IMG/VR virus record: IMGVR_UViG_3300037440_000408
Location: 1-30,025 of that record
DNA length: 30,025 bases
Strand: one strand, 5' to 3'
Source of the DNA: a virus
Lineage: Duplodnaviria > Caudoviricetes
This document shows positions 8,091 through 15,930 of this stretch, one piece after another. The notes under the pieces are model-generated. The model had not been told where the DNA came from, did no database searches, and worked only from the letters and a program-made list of their open reading frames with translations. A program made the position numbers and the translations under genes. Each line of letters opens with the position of its first letter. Within the stretch, counting starts at the first letter, position 1.

Positions 8091-8132
8091 TGGCCCCGGC
8101 AGGAATCGAACCTGCGACACGCGGTTTAGGAA
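8091..8132 (-). other. attP core: 3' half of tRNA-Arg(CCT)
   Basis: TTCCTAAACCGCGTGTCGCAGGTTCGATTCCTGCCGGGGCCA contains the anticodon loop, T-arm and acceptor 3' strand; the 5' half is absent. Confidence 0.85.
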
Positions 8133-8230
8133 GTCTGAGCCGGCGTACGCAGTGCTGACGGGGGTTTTCGGCCCGGTCGAGGCTGGTTTTATCCGCTCGG
8201 ACCATCGACTGTGATGGAGGAGTATCAACT

Positions 8231-8539
8231 ATGATCCGCAGACTGATCGTCCTGGTGTCCCTGACCGCCATCATGCTAGCTGGCGCGGTGGCCGGCCCAG
8301 CCACCCAGCCGCCGCCGGCCCGCGGCTGGTTGGAGTTTCAGCTGATCTCCACCGGCAGCGCCGCAGCCTGGCTGGAGCACCGGGGCGCCCGCTACCCGGT
8401 GGACACGAACACGCTGCCGGGTGGGTGGCTGGGGATCGGGACGCTGGTGATCGAGGCGACCGGGTCGTGCCGGATCGTGATTGACGGTGTGGTGGTCGCC
8501 GAGGCGGCCGGCCCGGTCGCGGTCTGCTCGCACCCGTGA
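8231..8539 (+). CDS. secreted or membrane-anchored protein with MmpS-like C-terminus
   Basis: Signal-like N-terminus; SCRIVIDGVVVAE...C motif; SD GGAGG. Confidence 0.6.
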   Translation: MIRRLIVLVSLTAIMLAGAVAGPATQPPPARGWLEFQLISTGSAAAWLEHRGARYPVDTNTLPGGWLGIGTLVIEATGSCRIVIDGVVVAEAAGPVAVCSHP

Positions 8540-8574
8540 AGACTTCCCCGGGCCGTCCGGTCCGGGTGAATAGC

Positions 8575-8635
8575 GGCCCCGGCCGGTGTAGTGAGCACCG
8601 GAGCCCCGGGGCCTGAGGACCACTAGGAGGTCCCT
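8575..8635 (+). promoter_or_regulatory. two-hairpin leader partly occluding the SD
   Basis: GGCCCCGG[CCGGTG..CACCGG]..CCGGGGCC then GGACC-ACTAGGA-GGTCC over the SD AGGAGG. Confidence 0.5.
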
Positions 8636-8860
8636 GTGGCACAGATTACCGGCGCGTTCACGATCGAGGTGCCCCTCGACCGGATCGCCGAGCAGGTCGC
8701 CGAGCTGGTGGTGGCCAGGCTGCACGCGGCAGCCCGCCAGGCCACCGGCGGCGGTAGCCACGTGTACGACCGGGACGAACCGGACGGGCCGCAGGGCTCC
8801 GGCCGGCCGTGGACCGGTCCCCGGCACGAGGACGACGACGCCGGCGGGGGTGGGTCATGA
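8636..8860 (+). CDS. hypothetical protein
   Basis: AGGAGG 5 nt before GTG; ATGA coupling to the next gene. Confidence 0.65.
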   Translation: MAQITGAFTIEVPLDRIAEQVAELVVARLHAAARQATGGGSHVYDRDEPDGPQGSGRPWTGPRHEDDDAGGGGS

Positions 8861-9414
8861 CCGAGCCGATCCCGACCACGCCGCCGCTGGGCTGCCCCAG
8901 CTGGTGCACCACCGACCATGCCGCGTCCGACTGGCAGTCCCGGTACGTGAGCGAGGACGGGTTCACCGTCTACGCCGAGCGGATCCACAGCTGCGACGTG
9001 GCGGTGATCCCCAACCCGGGCGCGGGGGTCGACAAGCAGGTCCACGTCTGCCTGACCGTGGTTGACGACCTGGACAGCGGGGAGCGGCAGCCGGTGGTGG
9101 TCAACGCGGACGGCGCCGACTGTATGGAGCCGGCCACCGCCACCGCGGTGGCGGCCGCGATCGTGGAGGCGGTACGGGTCGCCCGCGGCGGAATTTCTGT
9201 GCGCCATGGCGCAGAGAAACTCGTCACCGACCCGGTTCAGCGCGCGGTGGTCGCGCTGTCGCACTTCGGCCCCGACGCCGGGATGAGCAGGGAGCAGGCC
9301 TCGGCGCTGCTGACCATGTGGTCACACGTCGGCACGCTCACCGCCGGGCAGCGGGAGCTGGTCGTAGACACCCTGTCGGACAGCGGCGACCAGCCGGTGC
9401 CCTCCGATGGCTAG
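8857..9414 (+). CDS. CPxWC-H motif protein (DUF6907-like)
   Basis: GCPSWCTTDH...IHS putative metal-binding motif. Confidence 0.6.
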   Translation: MTEPIPTTPPLGCPSWCTTDHAASDWQSRYVSEDGFTVYAERIHSCDVAVIPNPGAGVDKQVHVCLTVVDDLDSGERQPVVVNADGADCMEPATATAVAAAIVEAVRVARGGISVRHGAEKLVTDPVQRAVVALSHFGPDAGMSREQASALLTMWSHVGTLTAGQRELVVDTLSDSGDQPVPSDG

Positions 9415-9718
9415 GCGCGAGCGGCGGTACGTAGAAACCGAGGAGTATGTCGCCTTCATCCACCGGATCCTGCGAGCGCTGGGGACCCGGGTCGGCGACT
9501 GCGACGTAGAGATGCTCGCCAGCCTGGCCAGCCTGCCCGACCTGGTCGAGCAGCTGCTGGGTGAGACGGTTGACCGGCTGCGCACCACCCACGGCTACAG
9601 CTGGGCGGACATCGGGCGCGCCCTGGGTATCACCCGCCAAGCCGCCCAGCAGCGGTTTCATCGTCAACTGGCGGTTGACACCAAACCGCCCCCGGAGCCG
9701 GAGACTGACCATGCATGA
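9407..9718 (+). CDS. HTH DNA-binding protein
   Basis: GYSWADIGRALGITRQAAQQRF. Confidence 0.8.
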   Translation: MARRERRYVETEEYVAFIHRILRALGTRVGDCDVEMLASLASLPDLVEQLLGETVDRLRTTHGYSWADIGRALGITRQAAQQRFHRQLAVDTKPPPEPETDHA

Positions 9719-10751
9719 AGCCGCGCCGATCCCGCTCTCTACGGTCACTCCCCACTCAACCGATCGACCAAAGGGCCTGGTGCCGTACCGACCACATACC
9801 AAAACGCAACTGACTGTCTCCCGGGTGCTCGACCTGTTCGAGCGGATGCACGCGGCCGACGCCCTGCCGCTCGGCCCGCGGACCTGCGGCTACCGCCTGA
9901 AGGAGCTGTACGTGGGCGAGTACACCAAACGGGACTTCCCCGCCATCGGCGAGGTCGTCAAGAGGCTCCAGCAGGATGGCCGGCTGTCCTGGTCGTGGGT
10001 CGCCGACGCCTCCGCGGTCACGTACGTGGCGGACGGGTGGGACAGCCCGGACGAGTTTATCCGGCAGGCCCACACACTGTTTCGGCGTGACCGGCGCACC
10101 GGCCAGCCTCTGGTGCTGGAGGTGTACGCCGAGGCACGCGAGACTCTCGGGCTGATCCGACGCCTTGGCGCGGAACGGGGGGTGACGGTCTACTCGGGCG
10201 GCGGATCCTGCGGGCCGAACCTCGCCCACAAGGTAGCCGCCCGGGCGGTAGTCCGGGCGGTCGAGGTCGAGCAGTCCACCCTGATCCTCGGGATCTGCGA
10301 CTTCGACCAGGCGGGCATCCGCAACGTGCTCCGGCCGCACCTCGAACACCTCTCGGCGTTCCTGTACGGCACCGCCGGGAACGACAGGACCATTGCCTAC
10401 CAGGACACCACCATGTTGGATCTGCTCGATGGCGGGCCGTCGGCCTCGTTCCGACACCTGGCGCTGACCCCGGGGCAGGCCCGTGAGCTGGTGGAGACCG
10501 AGACCGACCAGCACCGCATTGACCGGTACGTCACCTCGGGCGCCGACCTGTGGACCCGGAACCTGGACCTCCTCGACCAGGTTCAGAAGGTCGAGACCGA
10601 AGCGCTGGATCCGGTAGCGCTGCGGGACATGGTGGTGGAGGTGATCGACCGGTCAATCGATGCCGATGCGCTGGAGCTGCTGGTCACCGAGGAAGACGAC
10701 CAGAGGGCCGACCTGCGAGACCGGTTCACCGAGCTGGAGACCGGCTCGTGA
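9711..10751 (+). CDS. Topo VI-A/Spo11-like winged-helix plus TOPRIM protein
   Basis: PRTCGYRL, QP..LEVYAE, GGG, CDFDQAG (DxD), LALTPGQ, ETEALDP. Confidence 0.65.
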   Translation: MHEAAPIPLSTVTPHSTDRPKGLVPYRPHTKTQLTVSRVLDLFERMHAADALPLGPRTCGYRLKELYVGEYTKRDFPAIGEVVKRLQQDGRLSWSWVADASAVTYVADGWDSPDEFIRQAHTLFRRDRRTGQPLVLEVYAEARETLGLIRRLGAERGVTVYSGGGSCGPNLAHKVAARAVVRAVEVEQSTLILGICDFDQAGIRNVLRPHLEHLSAFLYGTAGNDRTIAYQDTTMLDLLDGGPSASFRHLALTPGQARELVETETDQHRIDRYVTSGADLWTRNLDLLDQVQKVETEALDPVALRDMVVEVIDRSIDADALELLVTEEDDQRADLRDRFTELETGS

Positions 10752-10883
10752 GCTGCTGACCCCCACCGCCGGTGCCCGGGTGCTACGGTGCCCGGGTAGG
10801 GCCGGAGGGCTCCGTTGCGGACCTACCGGTAGCTGCGACCAGGTCGACCTCGGTCGGCCTTCCCTCCGGCCCTGCTCAGCCGC

Positions 10884-11093
10884 TCACGTACCTGAAGGCG
10901 GAGTGCGTGGCCTGCGCGGGAACCGGGCCAGGGTGCCGGCCCGCCGGTGCCGGGCGTAGCACATGTGGCACAGGCCCCGCGCGGTCCGGCCGCTGAGCCG
11001 GTGGCAGTCGTCGCAGAATCGCAGACCCGGGACCAGGGTGCGGCGGATCCCGCCCAGGTCGGCCTCCGGGTAGTGCAGCATTACGCGCCCCAT
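10884..11093 (-). CDS. small zinc-finger protein
   Basis: CDDC...ARGLCHMCYARHRR; start uncertain. Confidence 0.5.
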   Translation of the reverse strand: MGRVMLHYPEADLGGIRRTLVPGLRFCDDCHRLSGRTARGLCHMCYARHRRAGTLARFPRRPRTPPSGT

Positions 11094-11130
11094 CACGGTC
11101 GGCTCACCCGCTGGCGGGTCGCCGAGCCCA

Positions 11131-11229
11131 TCATGTCCACCCGTTCCGCAGCCCGATGAGGATCATCCCGCCCACGAAGATCACCGGTATGACGATGTAC
11201 AGGATGATCCGGTCCGGCGACCACCTCAC
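11131..11229 (-). CDS. 32-aa single-TM protein (absent from the ORF track)
   Basis: MRWSPDRIILYIVIPVIFVGGMILIGLRNGWT; GTGA overlap with the holin-like stop; GGAGG upstream. Confidence 0.55.
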   Translation of the reverse strand: MRWSPDRIILYIVIPVIFVGGMILIGLRNGWT

Positions 11230-11426
11230 CGTGGCGCCTCCTGCCCGGTCGGCAGCGGCGCCTCGTTCGCCGGCGCCAGGTAGGTCGACAGTGATGCCGC
11301 GACCAGCACGATCAGCCCGGCCACCTCCGGCGCCAGCTCCACTCCGGCCATCCGTGCAACCGCAACCACCGCGGTGGCGGTCAGCCCGCCCAGGATCGCC
11401 GCGACCAACTTCCGTATCCGTCTCAT
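11226..11426 (-). CDS. holin-like two-TM protein
   Basis: RKLVAAILGGLTATAVVAV...VAGLIVLVAASLSTYLAPAN; at the end of the late operon. Confidence 0.55.
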   Translation of the reverse strand: MRRIRKLVAAILGGLTATAVVAVARMAGVELAPEVAGLIVLVAASLSTYLAPANEAPLPTGQEAPR

Positions 11427-11439
11427 GCCCCTCGCCTCC

Positions 11440-11712
11440 TCATCTGTGCTGCACGTGGATGCGGATGCTCCGCTCATCGGTGCGCCCCTGGCTGGTCACG
11501 ACCCGGCCGGTGACTGCGTAGGTGGTGCCCGGGTTGCCGCCGGCCAGCCACACCGTCACCACCCCGCCGGTCTGGCTGGCGGCCTGCGGCTGGGTGAGCC
11601 CGGCCTCGACCGTGACCGGGAAGCTGTCGATCGTCTCCCCTTCGAGCAGCCATTTGGACCAGTCGAGCGCGAAGTCCAGCTCGGCGTCCGGGTCTTTCAT
11701 GTAGGTGGCCAT
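11440..11712 (-). CDS. putative fibre-tail adaptor protein
   Basis: KDPDAELDFALDW...VWLAGG...Y.VT..V.TS.GRTDERS pattern of small phage structural proteins. Confidence 0.65.
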   Translation of the reverse strand: MATYMKDPDAELDFALDWSKWLLEGETIDSFPVTVEAGLTQPQAASQTGGVVTVWLAGGNPGTTYAVTGRVVTSQGRTDERSIRIHVQHR

Positions 11713-11714
11713 GG

Positions 11715-13688
11715 TTACCTCACGATCCGGTAGGTGCGGTCCTCCGGCGGGATCCGGTAGGTGCGGTCCTCGGCCGGGATCCGGTAGGTCCGCTCCGCGG
11801 GGGTCGGCCCGGCCGTGTCGAGCTGGTCCGAGCCGGGCCAGGCTGCCAGCAGCAGCACCGCGCCGTCCCCGGTACCGGCGACCGCGGGGGTGCCGGTTCC
11901 GGGCGCTGCGGCCAGCTGGAGCGTGCAGGTAGCCCCTGTGCCGCCGGTGGCCGGTACCCCGGCACCCTGCCCGGCGGCCAGGGCCAGCCCAGCGGGTGCA
12001 CCGCTGCCGGAGTGTTCTTCGGCGCCGCCGCCGCCGACCTCACCACCCCCGAGCCCGGCCGTGAGGGTGAGCCCGGCCAGGGTGCCGTTTCCGGTGATCG
12101 AGGGGGTGCCCGTGCCGGCGGCCGGGGTGAGCGTGACGCTCTCGGCCTGCCCGGTGCCGACCGCGGCAGGCGAGCCCTGCCCGGCGGCGGCCACCATGCT
12201 CAGACTGGTGCCGGTTCCGCCGCCGGCCGCTGCAGGCGTCCCGGCACCTGCAGCGGCGGCCAGGGTGAGCCCGGCCGGCTCGCCACTGCCGGAGTGCTCC
12301 TCTCCACCGACGCCCCCGGTGCCGGGACCGGCCGTGAGGGTCATGCTGGCGGGCTGGCCGCTGCCGGCGATCGCCGGGGTGCCCGCGCCGGCGGCCGGGG
12401 TGAGCGTGGCGCCGGCGCCGTCGCCGGTGCCGCCAATCGCGGGGGTGCCGGTGCCCTGCCCGGTGGTCAGGGTCAGGCTCTCGGCCGTACCGTCGCCGGA
12501 GTGCTCCTCCGGCGGAACCGGCCCCACGTCGGCTTCAAGCCACGAGTTGGTTGTGTTGACCAACGCGGTTATGGTTCGGCCGCCGCCGCCGCTCTGCTTC
12601 TTCAGCTCGACGGACACGGCGACCCGGTCGCCGGGGACCCACGGCTCGTCGAACTCGAAGTCCTGGGTCTTGACGCCGGTGGTGTTCTGTTCGCTGCTGA
12701 AGATGGAGCTGTTCAGCAGTGTGCCGGCGGAGTTGTACCGCTGCACCCGCCACCGGTAGCGCAGCGTGCTGGCGGACACGGCGCTGATGTTGATCGAGGT
12801 GCTGAACGTCGGGTCCAGGACGACGGTGTCGGCGGGCAGGTTGAAGTGGAACCGGAACACCTCGGTGAACGTGGTCGACGAGATGCTGGCGGAGGTGAGG
12901 CTTGCGAGGGTGCCCTGGGTGGGGTTCAGGTCCCAGACGATGCCGGTCGATCCGGCCTCGTTCTGAATGTTGCGCATGAAGTACGTGGTGAGCAGGAAGA
13001 TCCCCGACTCGAAGTCCTGGAAGTCCAGGGAGGAGTCGATCAGCGGCGCGGCCGAGGTGGTGCCGATCTCGTCGGCCAGCCCGGGCGACAGGTCCTCCAC
13101 CATCGTCTGATTGCTGATCTGGTTGAACAGCCACCAGGCGTCCGGGGCGGCATCCGACCAGCCTTCCATCTCGGACTCAAGCTGAGCGGTCTCGATATCC
13201 CCGTCGGCCGCCCAGGGCACTTCGAGCCAGCCGCCGGCGGCGCACACCCGCCCGTCGTAGTGCTCGCTGGTGCCCTCCCGGCTGAACCGGATGGTGCCCA
13301 GCTCGCCGGGGGCGGTCCAGTTGGCGAGTGCCGTGTCCCCGTCGGCGTGCCCCCAGCTGGCGGTGTCCACCTCCAGGGTGGTGAACCGGGGGGTGGCGGT
13401 GCCGGTGGGCTTCAGGACCACGGCGAGGGTCCACTCCAGCGGGGTGACGGTGGGGCCGATCGAGGTGGCGGCGCCGGAGGTCAGCACCAACCGGTTGGAG
13501 CTGTCCAGCGACAGCCCGCCGAGGAAGCTGCCGGCGGCGTCGTGGAACCCGAGCAGCATCCGGGCGGTGCCGGTGTCGTCGGCCCGGAACAGGTGCGCGA
13601 TGGCACCATGGGTCATCCCTGCGAGGTCGCCGGGCTGGCGGATAATGTCGTCCGCGACCTCGCCGTCTAGGACCCGAACCCGAACCAC
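11715..13688 (-). CDS. fibre/adhesin-like virion protein (LamG/ConA-like N-terminus, Gly/Ala/Thr repeat stalk)
   Basis: Beta-rich N-terminal domains, about ten 22-aa repeats, C-terminal RTYRI x3. Confidence 0.7.
   Translation of the reverse strand: MVRVRVLDGEVADDIIRQPGDLAGMTHGAIAHLFRADDTGTARMLLGFHDAAGSFLGGLSLDSSNRLVLTSGAATSIGPTVTPLEWTLAVVLKPTGTATPRFTTLEVDTASWGHADGDTALANWTAPGELGTIRFSREGTSEHYDGRVCAAGGWLEVPWAADGDIETAQLESEMEGWSDAAPDAWWLFNQISNQTMVEDLSPGLADEIGTTSAAPLIDSSLDFQDFESGIFLLTTYFMRNIQNEAGSTGIVWDLNPTQGTLASLTSASISSTTFTEVFRFHFNLPADTVVLDPTFSTSINISAVSASTLRYRWRVQRYNSAGTLLNSSIFSSEQNTTGVKTQDFEFDEPWVPGDRVAVSVELKKQSGGGGRTITALVNTTNSWLEADVGPVPPEEHSGDGTAESLTLTTGQGTGTPAIGGTGDGAGATLTPAAGAGTPAIAGSGQPASMTLTAGPGTGGVGGEEHSGSGEPAGLTLAAAAGAGTPAAAGGGTGTSLSMVAAAGQGSPAAVGTGQAESVTLTPAAGTGTPSITGNGTLAGLTLTAGLGGGEVGGGGAEEHSGSGAPAGLALAAGQGAGVPATGGTGATCTLQLAAAPGTGTPAVAGTGDGAVLLLAAWPGSDQLDTAGPTPAERTYRIPAEDRTYRIPPEDRTYRIVR
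11724..11804. repeat. 27-bp tandem repeat x3 (coding)
   Basis: gatccggtaggt at 11724, 11751 and 11778. Confidence 0.85.
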
Positions 13689-13694
13689 GGCAGC

Positions 13695-14006
13695 CTACTT
13701 GGCGCCGAAGATGAACCCGGAGATCGCGAACCGCTCGAAGTTGATGGCCGCGGGCAGCGTGGCGGCGGAGGTGTAGATCTGCCAGAACAGGAACACGTCG
13801 GCCTCCCAGCTCCCGATCCTGGCGGTGTCGCTGGTCCCCACACCACCGTCGCCCATGTTGTACGGAGGATCGCTGAGGGTCTTGCCGGCCTTCCAGTCGT
13901 GGAACGCCTTGGCCCTCCGCATGACCTCCCGCAGGTCGTAGGCGATCCGTCCGGCGATCAGGTTGACATCCTCGCCGTTCTTGATTTGTGCGTCGAAGCC
14001 TGCCAC
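13695..14006 (-). CDS. hypothetical protein in the fibre module
   Basis: SD GGAGG before GTG; fits between neighbours. Confidence 0.65.
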   Translation of the reverse strand: MAGFDAQIKNGEDVNLIAGRIAYDLREVMRRAKAFHDWKAGKTLSDPPYNMGDGGVGTSDTARIGSWEADVFLFWQIYTSAATLPAAINFERFAISGFIFGAK

Positions 14007-14033
14007 GGCTGTCCCTCCCTTGTGTCGAGTGTG

Positions 14034-14375
14034 CTAGGCGGTGGAGTAGGGGGCGGTGTTCAGCGTGTAGGTGCCGGCGGTGGCGAAGTTCTGGGATGCG
14101 GTCAGCAGCTCCCCGTACAGGAAGGTGGCCCCGTCCCACGCTCCCCAGCCGGTGACGGTCACCCCGGCCGGGATGTTGAACACCGCGGCCGAGGCGATGT
14201 CCCCAGCGCCGGCGGTGGGGGCGCTGTACGTCTTGGCCACCTTGGCGTAGCTGCCGCCGGTGACTTCGTTGGCGCCGGTGGTGCCGGCCCCGGCACCGGT
14301 GTGCATGCTCAGCTGGGTGACCGTGCCGGCCACCCCGGAGTAGCCGCGGTTCAATGCGGTGGTGCTGTTAGCCAT
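14034..14375 (-). CDS. small tail-fibre-associated structural protein
   Basis: LSMHTG...GANEVTGGSYAK...FNIPAG.TVTGWGAWD. Confidence 0.7.
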   Translation of the reverse strand: MANSTTALNRGYSGVAGTVTQLSMHTGAGAGTTGANEVTGGSYAKVAKTYSAPTAGAGDIASAAVFNIPAGVTVTGWGAWDGATFLYGELLTASQNFATAGTYTLNTAPYSTA

Positions 14376-14387
14376 CTCCCATTCTCC

Positions 14388-14525
14388 TTATCTCTGGTCC
14401 TCGTCCGGGTCCTGGCGGTCCCGGAGCAATGCTTCGATGGCGGCCAGCCGCCGCCGGATCATCTCGACCAGCCCGACTACCGCCCCGATGAGGGCCAGGA
14501 TCGCCGCGTGCAGCCCCTCGATCAT
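14388..14525 (-). CDS. small membrane protein (TM plus coiled tail)
   Basis: MIEGLHAAILALIGAVVGLVEMIRRRL...; ATGA coupling. Confidence 0.55.
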   Translation of the reverse strand: MIEGLHAAILALIGAVVGLVEMIRRRLAAIEALLRDRQDPDEDQR

Positions 14526-15190
14526 GCCAGCCACCCCTCCAGCCACCAGGTCACGTCTACGAAGTCCGCTGCCCCGTCGGCAATGACCTCCATGCTGGAC
14601 ACGACCACGTCCCCCGTGTACTTGCCGGCGGCCACCTGCATGGTGTGGGCGGTGTCGGTGGTGGAGTCCCGGTGGGAGTACGCCTGATAGGCCGGGTTCG
14701 CCGTCCCGTCGGTGGGGAAGATGTCCACCACTGACGTGTTGGATTCGACGGTTCCCCACTCGGCGACCCGCCATGCACCACCGGTGGTGCCGCTGTGCAG
14801 CGGGGTGCCGAGCGCTCCGTTCGACTGGATCGGCACCCATCCGTAGACATGGTTCCCGACCGTGCCGTCATCGTTGACCTGAACGTTGATCTGGCAGGTG
14901 GCGTCCACGTCCCCGGTGAGGGTGAGCCGCAGCCGGCTATATCCGGCCGGCACGGTGAGCAGGAAGTTGCCGGCGCCGCGGGTGCCGGATGAGATGAGCC
15001 GCCACCGGGTGGCCGCGACCGCCGCCTCCAGCGCAGCTACCCGCGCCTCCAGCGCGGACAGCACCGTCGACTCGACCCGGGCCAGGTCGGTGTCGATTGC
15101 GACCGCCAGCGCCCGCATGTCTGCAGGCACGTCCGGCACCTCACCCGGCTTCGGGTACTTCCAGGCGTAGGTCGGTGTGAATCCTGGCAT
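14522..15190 (-). CDS. minor tail protein
   Basis: YP...PDVPADMRALA.AID N-terminus, short coiled coil, beta-rich C-terminus. Confidence 0.7.
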   Translation of the reverse strand: MPGFTPTYAWKYPKPGEVPDVPADMRALAVAIDTDLARVESTVLSALEARVAALEAAVAATRWRLISSGTRGAGNFLLTVPAGYSRLRLTLTGDVDATCQINVQVNDDGTVGNHVYGWVPIQSNGALGTPLHSGTTGGAWRVAEWGTVESNTSVVDIFPTDGTANPAYQAYSHRDSTTDTAHTMQVAAGKYTGDVVVSSMEVIADGAADFVDVTWWLEGWLA

Positions 15191-15204
15191 TCAGCCCACC
15201 CCCC

Positions 15205-15930
15205 TCACAGTCCTATCACGATCATGAACCGGTCGGCGAAGAACGCCTGAGCCGGTGGCTCCAGGCTCCGGTACTTCGCGGTGAAGGTGTGCAGCCCGGG
15301 GTTGAGCCCGGTCACCGTGTCGCCCATCAGCGCGGTGGCCACGTGCAGCGCGTCAATGTCCCACACCAGCTCGTTCTCGGATGCCGGCGCCGCCACGGTG
15401 CTCGCCCCAGAGACCGCGAACGACATCGACACGCCCTTGTTCGGGGCGGATGAGACGCTGGCGCCCCACAGCACCACGGCCGTACCCGACTCCCCCACCT
15501 CCACGTCCGGGACGGTAGGCCCCGGCGTGGCCAGGTCCCCGTACGTCCCGGAGACGGTGGGCTCGGCGTCGGCGACCCCGGCGCGTTTGATCCCTTCGGC
15601 GAAGATCAGCCGGGACAGCTGCTTGGCCAGGCCGGCGCGCATGAACCGCACCGCCTTGTCCGCCGCCTCGGTGCCGGGGGTCACCCACCGGCCGTCGATG
15701 GCCAGCGACCCGCGGCGGGTCACGATGTCCACCACCGTGCCGGGGGTCCACGACAGCGCGTCCGGGGTCATCTTCAGCGGCGGGTTGGTGAGCACCGCCC
15801 CGTTGTAGGCCACGGTGCCGCGGAACGTGTCCGGGTCCCAGGTGAGCAGCACCCCCTTTCCGGCGCGGCCCGCCTCGGCCGGCCGGCGGGTCAGGTGCGG
15901 GGTCAGGTCGTCGCTGGCGTGGGTGGTCAT
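15205..15930 (-). CDS. minor tail protein
   Basis: Follows the tail hub; C-terminal TGLNPGLHTFTAKYR. Confidence 0.7.
   Translation of the reverse strand: MTTHASDDLTPHLTRRPAEAGRAGKGVLLTWDPDTFRGTVAYNGAVLTNPPLKMTPDALSWTPGTVVDIVTRRGSLAIDGRWVTPGTEAADKAVRFMRAGLAKQLSRLIFAEGIKRAGVADAEPTVSGTYGDLATPGPTVPDVEVGESGTAVVLWGASVSSAPNKGVSMSFAVSGASTVAAPASENELVWDIDALHVATALMGDTVTGLNPGLHTFTAKYRSLEPPAQAFFADRFMIVIGL

Noticed and set aside
8091-8165. Complete tRNA gene
   Set aside because: The D-arm, 5' acceptor strand and 5' anticodon-stem strand are missing; it is an att core only
10772-10996. Plus-strand 74-aa ORF continuing the accessory operon
   Set aside because: No SD, and it overlaps a more convincing zinc-finger ORF on the minus strand
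11724-11804. CRISPR-like repeat array
   Set aside because: In-frame 27-bp coding repeat with no unique spacers, and no cas genes in the window
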